DNA from: an archaeon
GTDB taxonomy: Archaea; Iainarchaeota; Iainarchaeia; Iainarchaeales; CSSED10-239
DNA length: 32,000 nucleotides
Assembly: GCA_035400625.1 (NCBI GenBank)
Contig: DAOMZT010000005.1
Span: forward strand, 6,596 to 38,595
Direction of reading: 5' to 3'
Shown piece by piece: positions 25,490 to 32,000 of the stretch (positions within the stretch are counted from its first letter, which is position 1; the number at the start of each line of letters is the position of its first letter). The notes beneath the pieces were generated by a model. It ran no database searches. It had not been told where the DNA came from and saw only the letters and a list, made by a program, of their open reading frames with translations. The position numbers and the translations under genes are program-made.

Positions 25490-27046
25490 TTATTCTTTCT
25501 TTATATTATCTTCTATTTTTATTTTATTAAATAAAATTAAATTGTCTTTCAACAATTTAAATCCAGGAACTAATATTCCGTATTTTGCATCATCAAGAGT
25601 AGTTATTTTTTGATTATATATTGATTCTATTTTTTCAGCAGTCTCAGAAATAAACGGACTTATTAAAATTCCTATAATTCTAATTACTTCATTTAAATTA
25701 TAGATTATAGTTTGTAATTTTTCTATTTTTTCTGCTTTAAAAAGATTCCACGGTTCTGTTTTGTTGATGTAAGCATTAGCATTATCTAAAAGTGCCCAAA
25801 TATCTGTTAATACAATATTGAATTTAAATTCATCCATGTTTTTAGAATAACTATTTATTACGCTATTTGCTTTTTCTATTAATTCTTTATCTATTTCTTC
25901 TAAATCTCCTGGTTTAGGAATAACCCCATCAAAATATTTCTTTGTCATTACAAGGGTTCTATTTACGAGATTACCAAGATTGTCTGCAAAATCAGAATTC
26001 TGGTATTGTATGATTCTCTCTTCTGAAAAGTCGCCATCACTACCGAAACTTATTTCTTTCATTAATGTATACCTAAAAACATCTGCAGAATATTTTTTTA
26101 CAATATCTCCTGGATAAACAACATTTCCTAAAGACTTAGACATCTTTTGCCCAGAAATAGTCCACCAACCATGTGCAAATACCTGTTTAGGCAAAGGTAA
26201 TTCTAAAGCTAATAAAAATGAGTGCCAGATTACTGTGTGAAACCACAATATATCTTTACCAATCAAATGAACATCTGCTGGCCAATATTTTTTGTGTTTT
26301 TCACCATCTATTTCCTCTAAAACTGAAAGATAATTAAATAAAGCCTCAGACCATACCCAAAGAACACATTCTTTATCCCAAGGTAAAGGCACACCCCATT
26401 TGAAATTTTTCCTACTAATGTAAAGATCTCTTAATTCTTCATTTTTTAATCTATTTAATATTTCTAAATTCTTACCCTTTGGTGAAATTAGGTTTGGATT
26501 ATTCTCATAGGCATCTATTAGTTTTTCCCTAAAGCTCGATAACTTAAAAAAATAACCCTTTTCTTTAATTACTATTGGCTCTTTTTGATGTATTGGACAT
26601 TTCCCATCAACAAGATCTTTATTTGTAAAATAACCTTCACAGCCAACACAATAAAGTCCTTCATAAACCGATTCGTAAATGTATCCTTTTTCATATAATT
26701 TTTGATATGCTTTTTGAACAAAATCAATATGTCTTTTATCTGTTGTTCTAATAAAATCATCATTTGATAAATTTAATGTTTCTTTTAGTTCTTTGAATCT
26801 AACAACTATATCATCCACAAACTCTTGAGGATTTTTATTTGCTGTTTTTGCAGCTTCCTCAATCTTTAATCCATGCTCATCAGTTCCTGTAAGATATAGC
26901 ACATCATATCCTGAAAGTCTCTTATATCTTGCTATAACATCTGCTGCTATACTTGTATAAGCATGTCCAATATGTGGAACATCATTTACATAATAGATAG
27001 GTGTAGTTATATAGTAATTTTTTGATTTCATTCTTGTGATCTCCAT
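25490..27046 (-). CDS. metG: Methionine--tRNA ligase (core enzyme without a C-terminal appended tRNA-binding domain)
   Basis: 518 aa. YITTPIYYVNDVPHIGHAYT (HIGH), zinc knuckle CVGCEGY...CPIH and KMSKSLGN. The true start is probably the second ATG at 27031 (MKSKNYYITTP), because the GGAG inside the first codons would act as its Shine-Dalgarno sequence. Confidence 0.95.
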   Translation of the reverse strand: MEITRMKSKNYYITTPIYYVNDVPHIGHAYTSIAADVIARYKRLSGYDVLYLTGTDEHGLKIEEAAKTANKNPQEFVDDIVVRFKELKETLNLSNDDFIRTTDKRHIDFVQKAYQKLYEKGYIYESVYEGLYCVGCEGYFTNKDLVDGKCPIHQKEPIVIKEKGYFFKLSSFREKLIDAYENNPNLISPKGKNLEILNRLKNEELRDLYISRKNFKWGVPLPWDKECVLWVWSEALFNYLSVLEEIDGEKHKKYWPADVHLIGKDILWFHTVIWHSFLLALELPLPKQVFAHGWWTISGQKMSKSLGNVVYPGDIVKKYSADVFRYTLMKEISFGSDGDFSEERIIQYQNSDFADNLGNLVNRTLVMTKKYFDGVIPKPGDLEEIDKELIEKANSVINSYSKNMDEFKFNIVLTDIWALLDNANAYINKTEPWNLFKAEKIEKLQTIIYNLNEVIRIIGILISPFISETAEKIESIYNQKITTLDDAKYGILVPGFKLLKDNLILFNKIKIEDNIKKE

Positions 27047-27222
27047 TTTCTTTAATTATATAATATATTTAGGGCAAAGAAATAAATATAAATAGAAAGT
27101 AAAAACAATTAAGAAAGATTAATATTTAATAAAATAAAAGAACATTATTCTAAGGGATGTATTTTTGTTGTTATTTGACCTTTACTTCTTAAATATACGG
27201 TACTTACATCACGCAAATCATC

Positions 27223-27504
27223 TCATATGTATATTACAAAATCACCTTTTGGAAATTGCTTGTTTACTAATCCTCCATAAACTGTTATATACAAAACATT
27301 ATTTTCAATCTTATATGTATAACGTCTCAAACTTTTACCACTTGATAAAAAAGAAGCTTTTGTATAAAAGGATGTTCCTGAAAGTTGAGCATCTTCAAAG
27401 GCAAGTTCTGCTGCTGATGAAACAGTTCCAGATACCAATTTTATAATAATTATAACAATTATTATGATCAATACAAGAATAACTATAGGTGCTTTCTTCT
27501 TCAT
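27223..27504 (-). CDS. Small N-terminally anchored/secreted hypothetical protein
   Basis: 93 aa. MKKK plus a strongly hydrophobic 18-residue segment, then a beta-rich polar domain. Preferred over the overlapping plus-strand ORF 27165..27446, which has an implausible composition. Confidence 0.45.
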   Translation of the reverse strand: MKKKAPIVILVLIIIIVIIIIKLVSGTVSSAAELAFEDAQLSGTSFYTKASFLSSGKSLRRYTYKIENNVLYITVYGGLVNKQFPKGDFVIYI

Positions 27505-27590
27505 ATATAAAAACTAGATTACAAAACCAATTTATTTGTTTCTTTAATAAAAAAATTATTTAAAAAAAGAAAAAGAAATTTACTAAAAAA

Positions 27591-27878
27591 TTACTTCTTA
27601 GCAAATCTTTTATAAAGTATAAATATTTGTACTAACAATAATGCAGCAATTACAACCCACCAAATTGTGTTTGTTGTTCCTACTCCTGAACAAGTATCTA
27701 ACATTCCAACTAATGGCTTACTACATTCTTGCATTTTTTGTACAAAAGAGATGTATACTTTTCCAAGAATTTTATTGTCTACAACTTTGTAAAACTTTAT
27801 GTATCTTGCAACAAATGCTAATATCGCAAGAACGCCAGGTACAAAGTCTGTTATCTTTATTTTCGTATTTTTAGACAT
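27591..27878 (-). CDS. Small two-TM membrane protein, hypothetical
   Basis: 95 aa. Two hydrophobic helices (VPGVLAILAFVA, IWWVVIAALLLVQIFILY) flank a loop with two Cys. GGAGGA Shine-Dalgarno-like sequence 8-9 nt upstream (tcctcc at 27889-27894). Confidence 0.45.
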   Translation of the reverse strand: MSKNTKIKITDFVPGVLAILAFVARYIKFYKVVDNKILGKVYISFVQKMQECSKPLVGMLDTCSGVGTTNTIWWVVIAALLLVQIFILYKRFAKK

Positions 27879-28079
27879 TATATCATTTCCTCCAATATTT
27901 ATAGGGGTTGTAGAAACCCACTAATCAATAAATATATTACAACCAATAAGTTTTAATACCTTTATAATATAAGTTAAATTAGTTTTTAGAAAAATAAGTA
28001 TTTACTTTTTAAATTAGATTTTTAGCTTACTTAAAAAAAGATTTCTACTGTTCTCTGTATTTAGTAAATATATAATATT

Positions 28080-28214
28080 TTATTCTGTTTGTTTTGTTGC
28101 TTTATAATCCTTAAGACACTTTAAACTACAAAACCACTTTCCTTTATATGATACTCCAGAAGTTACAATCTTTTTCTTACATTGTTCACATTCTATTTTC
28201 ACTTCTATAACCAT
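28080..28214 (-). CDS. 44-aa zinc-ribbon protein, zf-FCS/TRASH-like (below the ORF-track cutoff)
   Basis: The reverse complement reads MVIEVKIECEQCKKKIVTSGVSYKGKWFCSLKCLKDYKATKQTE. This gives CxxC-x16-CxxxC with the FCS signature. GAGGTG Shine-Dalgarno-like sequence about 7 nt upstream of the ATG (28212-28214). Confidence 0.5.
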   Translation of the reverse strand: MVIEVKIECEQCKKKIVTSGVSYKGKWFCSLKCLKDYKATKQTE

Positions 28215-28366
28215 ACACCACACCTCTATATTAATATATATCTAAGATTGAGCTTTTAAATAGATTGTTTTAAATTTAAAAAAAAAGTATAAAAAATAAA
28301 TTAGTGAGGAAAATTAGTTCTTAAAAATTTAATTTTTATAAAATAAAATTAGAAAAAGAAAAAATG

Positions 28367-28389
28367 GAAAAGACTAAAAAAGTCTTTTC
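28367..28389 (-). terminator. Hairpin plus T-tract downstream of ftsZ
   Basis: GAAAAGACT-aaaaa-AGTCTTTTC (9-bp stem, 5-nt loop) lies 30 nt after the ftsZ stop. On the minus strand it is followed by CATTTTTTCTTTTTCT. Confidence 0.4.
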
Positions 28390-28418
28390 TATGGTGTATT
28401 GTTATATGTTAACTATAC

Positions 28419-29519
28419 TTATAACATATCTATACCGAAGTCATCATTGTATCTTCCAGAACCTCTACCGCTTTGTGATGGTTGACTGGCACCTGTAAAC
28501 TTCTTACTTCCTTTGATGAATGGTGACTTTACGCCTGTAAAGATTGCTATAACTTCTAATTTGTTCTCAAATGTTGGATCAATTCTAGCACCCCAAATTA
28601 CTTGTGCGTTAGGATCGATTTGTTCTGTTAACATTTCACCAACTGCGTTAGCTTCACCTAATGTTAATTCAGTTCCACCTGTGATGTGTATCAAACACCC
28701 TGTTGCTCCTGTAATATCAACATCAAGCAATGCGTTCTTTAATGTATCTTCAACTACTTCATCAACCTTGTTTACTGATTGTGATTCACCAACAGCAATA
28801 ACAGATAATCCTTTACCACCCATTACTGTTCTAATGTCTGCGTAATCTAAGTTGATTAATGATGGTTGAGTTATTGTTTCTGTAATTCCTCTTACTGCTC
28901 TTGCTATTACTTCATCAGCAACTTTGAATGCGTCTTGCACTGGTAAGTTTGGAACTAATTCAACTAATCTGTTGTTATCGATAACAACAACTGTATCACA
29001 AATATCTTTTAAGATGTCTATTCCTTCTTCTGCTTTCTTCATTCTTGCTCTTTCTAAAGCGAAAGGATATGTTACGATTGCAACAACGATTGCTCCTTGT
29101 TGTTTAGCTATTTGAGCTACTACTGGAGCTGCACCTGTACCTGTTCCACCACCCATACCAGCAGTGATGAACAAAAGATCAACACCATCTAAAATTTCTT
29201 CTAATGCAGCCTTGGATACTTCAGCAGCCTTTGCACCAACTTCTGGGTAAGCACCTGCACCAAGTCCGTTTGTTACTGATTTACCAATAAGTAACTTTGT
29301 GATATCATCTGAGATAATACCTAAGTGTGCTCTGTCTGTGTTAACAGCTATTAACTCTGCACCAGCAACTCCCATTGCTGAGATTCTGTTTACAGAGTTG
29401 TTTCCTGCACCACCGACACCTATTACCATTATCTTTGGAGCAGCAAACTCGCCATCTCTTGAGTATTCTGCACTATTGTTACTCTTGGCGCTAACTGCAT
29501 TATTTACTAATGACTTCAT
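28419..29519 (-). CDS. ftsZ: Cell division GTPase FtsZ
   Basis: 366 aa with [15 protein letters not shown], tubulin signature [15 protein letters not shown], and T7 loop [17 protein letters not shown] Shine-Dalgarno-like sequence upstream. Noticeably more GC-rich codon usage than its neighbours. Confidence 0.95.
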   Translation of the reverse strand: MKSLVNNAVSAKSNNSAEYSRDGEFAAPKIMVIGVGGAGNNSVNRISAMGVAGAELIAVNTDRAHLGIISDDITKLLIGKSVTNGLGAGAYPEVGAKAAEVSKAALEEILDGVDLLFITAGMGGGTGTGAAPVVAQIAKQQGAIVVAIVTYPFALERARMKKAEEGIDILKDICDTVVVIDNNRLVELVPNLPVQDAFKVADEVIARAVRGITETITQPSLINLDYADIRTVMGGKGLSVIAVGESQSVNKVDEVVEDTLKNALLDVDITGATGCLIHITGGTELTLGEANAVGEMLTEQIDPNAQVIWGARIDPTFENKLEVIAIFTGVKSPFIKGSKKFTGASQPSQSGRGSGRYNDDFGIDML

Positions 29520-29724
29520 GTTTTTTACACCTCATTTTTTCTTTTTCCACAATAGAACTTCTCAAACAGAAATCCTTTCTTGAATGAAAAGAAGCAAAAA
29601 ATACGCTCCATTTTTCTCATTCTTGGAAAATTACATTTTAATTATAAGTATATGCATCAAAAGGTTTATAAATAGTATTATTTAATTAAGTAAATTTTAA
29701 ATTAAAAAAGTAAAAGAAGATAAT

Positions 29725-29992
29725 CCATGGACGCCTAAAGTTCGAAAAACAGTTCAATATCTTGCTGAAACTTCATAAGATCTCGAATCCGCAACCCACT
29801 AAGCAATGGGTGTCTAGAATACTGCTGCTCCATTCCTGGCCTCACAGGGTTAGCTAAATCATCCACTCTCAATGGACGAATCGTCGGCAACCTTACAAAG
29901 GGCAAAACATTGCTTATTTCCCTTGCCCTAGGCATAACCCCAGCATATGCGGATTTCTGGTTACAAGAGACCGCAAGCCCCCCAGTTTGTCC
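29725..29992 (-). ncRNA. Signal recognition particle RNA (7S-type, long form)
   Basis: A conspicuous GC-rich island. The minus strand reads GUGAGGCCA-GGAA-UGGAGCAGCAG (29821-29850), which is SRP helix 8: a GNAR tetraloop closed by CCA/UGG plus the conserved AGCA side (compare E. coli 4.5S AGGUCC-GGAA-GGAAGCAGCC). The 5' GGAC (29992-29989) can pair with GUCC (29732-29729). An oligo-T tract (TTTTACTTTTTT) follows the 3' end. Ends are approximate (+/-5 nt). Confidence 0.8.
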
Positions 29993-30014
29993 AATATAAT
30001 TAAGTAAGAAACTA

Positions 30015-30022
30015 TTTATATA
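30015..30022 (-). promoter_or_regulatory. TATA-like box for the SRP RNA gene
   Basis: TTTATATA (TATATAAA on the minus strand) lies about 23-30 nt upstream of the proposed SRP RNA 5' end, matching archaeal TATA-to-TSS spacing. Confidence 0.35.
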
Positions 30023-30282
30023 GCTATTCTTTTTTAAAAACCCACAAAACCAAACAAATTACACAAACTGTTATTTACCCCCTAATTATTAAAAAAAGTG
30101 TTATTTCGTCTTTAAATAATGGAGTTTGTTTTACCAGAAAAGAAAAATTGCTTATTTTTTCTATATTTTTAAAAAAGAAAAGGCTTTTTAATACCTTCCT
30201 TAATTAATATCTATTAGTAATATGTATAAAGATAGAAATAAGTTCTTCATACATATAGTTTAGTTTTTCGGAGGAAAAAAAT

Positions 30283-30456
30283 ATGAGTGATGACTACAGA
30301 GGTCCAAGAGGAAATTTTCGTAGAAATACAGGACCTAGAGAAATGCACAAAGCAACTTGTTCAAAGTGTAATAAAGAATGCGAGGTACCATTCAAACCAC
30401 TTGAAGGCAAGCCAGTTTACTGTAGAGATTGTTATATAAGTATGAAGAAACAATAA
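30283..30456 (+). CDS. 57-aa CxxC-x17-CxxC zinc-binding protein (below the ORF-track cutoff)
   Basis: MSDDYRGPRGNFRRNTGPREMHKATCSKCNKECEVPFKPLEGKPVYCRDCYISMKKQ. There are exactly 17 residues between the CSKC and CRDC pairs, and the conserved ECEVPFKP...PVYCRDC core of the CxxC-x17-CxxC domain as I recall it. GGAGG Shine-Dalgarno sequence at 30270-30274. Confidence 0.75.
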   Translation: MSDDYRGPRGNFRRNTGPREMHKATCSKCNKECEVPFKPLEGKPVYCRDCYISMKKQ

Positions 30457-30619
30457 AAACTTATTCTTAATAGCAATATAAAAATCTAAATTGGTTCTTT
30501 TTTTTCTGAATCAATTTTTTTCTTTTTTTATAATTTAAATATTTAAGTAATATTTATAAATTGTTAGTTTAACTATTTTTATAATTTAATAAAAAAATAT
30601 ATAAGACTGGTTGAAAAAC

Positions 30620-32000
30620 ATGAAAAAAAACATTAAAAAAAAAGAAAAAACAGAAAGTATAGAAGATATTTTTGATCACTTAAAAATAATTGTTAAAGGA
30701 ACGGGGGCAGATCCTAAACCTATAGAAAAACCAAAAAAATCAAAACCCTCTGATGGAGTTAAATTAGGAATTATTTTATTAATATGTATATTACTTTTAG
30801 GTGTTGTAGTTGGTGGGTACTTTTTATATAAGGCAAATTCCAAAATAACAGAACCAGCGTTTAATGATGATCAAAACCAGTCTAATTTTATAGAAGAACC
30901 TCCTATATATGAACCAAATAGTAATTCTGGAAATTCAAATTATCAACCAAATCCATATTCTGATCCAAATACTAATAATGATGAAAATAAAACAACAATT
31001 AGAAGTGGGGGCAGTAGCGGTGGAGGCGGTAGTGGGGGCAGTGGAGGAGGATCAAGCGATCCCTGTAAAAATTTAGGAACCGTTTCTTTTAATCCAAATC
31101 CAGGAATATATAATCAAACAATTAATGTTGCATTAAATTATTCTAAACCTAATTGTGATTTTAGTATACATTATACGCTAGATGGAACAATACCGACACA
31201 ATCCTCTCCAAAATATTCATCACCAATAACCATATCACAATCGAAAACTATAAAAGCAATAATATATGCAAAAAATAGAAGAGGAACTACAATAAATGGA
31301 GATGTAGCAACAGGATTATATGTAATAAATTCAGAAAGCTCTTGTGTGACAGGTGTTAAAAAAGTAAATATAGAATTTGATCCTGATGAAGGAACATATA
31401 GTCAAAAATATATAACAATAAATTTAGATTATCCAAAGACATACAAAGATTGCGATTATAAAATTGTATTTACTACAGATGGAACAACACCAAAACCAGA
31501 AACATCAGAAACATATACTACGCCTTTTAAAATTATGGGAGATACTACAATAAAAGCAGCAGTTTATACTAAAAACTTAAACGATCAATATGTAATGGGG
31601 ACAGTAAATACAAAACAATACAAAGTAGGAATAACACCAGTAAATACATGTGCAACAAACATAAAAAATGTAAATGTATTGTTTACGCCTCCTGAAGGAA
31701 CATATCAAGATTATATAATGCTAAATCTAGATTATCCTGAAGAATATAAACATTGTAACTATAATATAGCATATACTACAAATGGAAATACACCACATCC
31801 AATGATGTCACAAACATATACGACACCAATTAAAATTATGAGTGGAAATACAACAGTAAAAGCAGTAGTATATACTAAAAATGCAAATGATCAATATGTA
31901 ACAGGAAATGTAAGTACTAAGCAATATGTTGTAGGAGCAATACCTGTAAATACATGTGCAACAAACATAAAAAATGTAAATGTATTGTTTACGCCTCCTG
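30620..32000 (+). CDS. Large surface protein (partial, runs off the window): N-terminal TM anchor, Asn/Pro-rich spacer, Gly/Ser linker, then tandem chitobiase/beta-hexosaminidase C-terminal-like (CHB_HEX_C) domains
   Basis: My own translation gives MKKNIKKKEKTE...GVKLGIILLICILLLGVVVGGYFLY (TM)...SGGSSGGGGSGGSGGGSS. At least four repeats follow of the type C..(V)xFxPxxGxYxxxxxxxLxY....CxYxIxYTTDGTxPxxxSxxYxxPIxIxxxTTIKAxxY. The frame is open from 30620 to the window end, and the ORF is absent from the track because it has no stop. Confidence 0.75.
   Translation, partial: MKKNIKKKEKTESIEDIFDHLKIIVKGTGADPKPIEKPKKSKPSDGVKLGIILLICILLLGVVVGGYFLYKANSKITEPAFNDDQNQSNFIEEPPIYEPNSNSGNSNYQPNPYSDPNTNNDENKTTIRSGGSSGGGGSGGSGGGSSDPCKNLGTVSFNPNPGIYNQTINVALNYSKPNCDFSIHYTLDGTIPTQSSPKYSSPITISQSKTIKAIIYAKNRRGTTINGDVATGLYVINSESSCVTGVKKVNIEFDPDEGTYSQKYITINLDYPKTYKDCDYKIVFTTDGTTPKPETSETYTTPFKIMGDTTIKAAVYTKNLNDQYVMGTVNTKQYKVGITPVNTCATNIKNVNVLFTPPEGTYQDYIMLNLDYPEEYKHCNYNIAYTTNGNTPHPMMSQTYTTPIKIMSGNTTVKAVVYTKNANDQYVTGNVSTKQYVVGAIPVNTCATNIKNVNVLFTPP
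31343..32000 (+). repeat. Tandem 306-nt (102-codon) coding repeats
   Basis: The conserved first Cys codons are at 31064, 31343, 31649 and 31955, giving spacings of 279, 306 and 306 nt. A 55-nt stretch is identical between 31640-31694 and 31946-32000. Confidence 0.85.

Noticed and set aside
27165-27446. 93-aa plus-strand ORF opposite the 27223..27504 gene
   Set aside because: It starts at a non-ATG codon and has a Leu/His/Tyr-rich composition with no signal or Shine-Dalgarno sequence. The minus-strand ORF has a classic MKKK plus hydrophobic anchor and fits the strand of the surrounding operon.
27904-28060. Possible replication-origin architecture: GGGGTTGTAGAAACCC (mini-ORB-like) at about 27904-27919 and an inverted GTAGAAA at about 28049-28056, flanking AT-rich DNA
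   Set aside because: Only a 7-nt shared core. There is no further repeat copy, no adjacent cdc6/orc1 gene, and the resemblance to the ORB consensus is weak.
8113-29583. Other short overlapping ORFs in the track (for example 8113..8334, 8771..8956, 9084..9329, 9268..9450, 10667..11500 set, 11871..12113, 12639..13654 set, 14088..14310, 15760..16121, 18958..19266, 20553..21504 set, 21988..22194, 23638..23986, 24941..25274, 26572..26763, 27641..27874, 28513..29583 set)
   Set aside because: Each lies inside or antisense to a longer ORF with clear family motifs. They are typical of stop-poor alternative frames.
29735-29935. 66-aa minus-strand ORF in the six-frame track
   Set aside because: It lies entirely within the GC-rich SRP RNA gene. 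The peptide has no Shine-Dalgarno sequence and an implausible composition, and the SRP helix 8 motif explains the conservation-like appearance.
31006-31055. GGN-rich stretch considered as a microsatellite or G-quadruplex element
   Set aside because: It is in frame and encodes a Gly/Ser linker (SGGSSGGGGSGGSGGGSS) between the spacer and the first repeat domain. The codons are mixed rather than a pure repeat unit.
1-32000. Searched by eye for CRISPR arrays, tRNA/rRNA genes, transposases, integrases and in-frame stop-codon recoding
   Set aside because: No regularly spaced direct repeats and no cloverleaf-like GC islands other than the SRP RNA. No DDE or tyrosine-recombinase motifs. All long ORFs are intact under the standard code.

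Overview
The window is visibly AT-rich, densely coding prokaryotic DNA. I infer a small-genome DPANN-type archaeon (Woese-/Pacearchaeota-like). The support is a stand-alone ftsZ with the archaeal-looking GVGGAGNN motif and no dcw neighbours, deoxyhypusine synthase, a long SRP RNA preceded by a TATA-like box, a COG1361-type beta-sandwich surface protein, a form II/III RuBisCO and Shine-Dalgarno-led genes.

Confident housekeeping calls are uvrA, uvrC, uvrB, the RuBisCO large subunit, metG, dys, ftsZ, SRP RNA, two ABC transporters and tspO.

Most worth a second look:
- A family of three perfect palindromes with fully compensatory arm changes. One lies inside an ORF6N-family gene and two lie in the spacer downstream.
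- A tight RuBisCO - orphan 135-aa protein - histidine phosphatase - methyltransferase operon, with a divergent degenerate Nudix-like gene.
- A metG-dys-acyltransferase-like-CYTH-kinase-like operon. Its last member keeps the kinase ATP-binding motifs but has no recognisable catalytic Asp.
- A membrane-tethered wHTH regulator, MacB-type ABC transporter and triple beta-sandwich protein cassette that splits the uvr genes, with a candidate GTTTCA/TGAAAC operator.
- A low-coding-density stretch around ftsZ and SRP RNA holding small Cys-motif proteins that fall below the ORF-track cutoff.
- A partial surface protein made of 306-nt tandem domain repeats.

I saw no CRISPR array, tRNA, rRNA or clear transposase. 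All homology statements come from motif recognition by eye, not from database searches.
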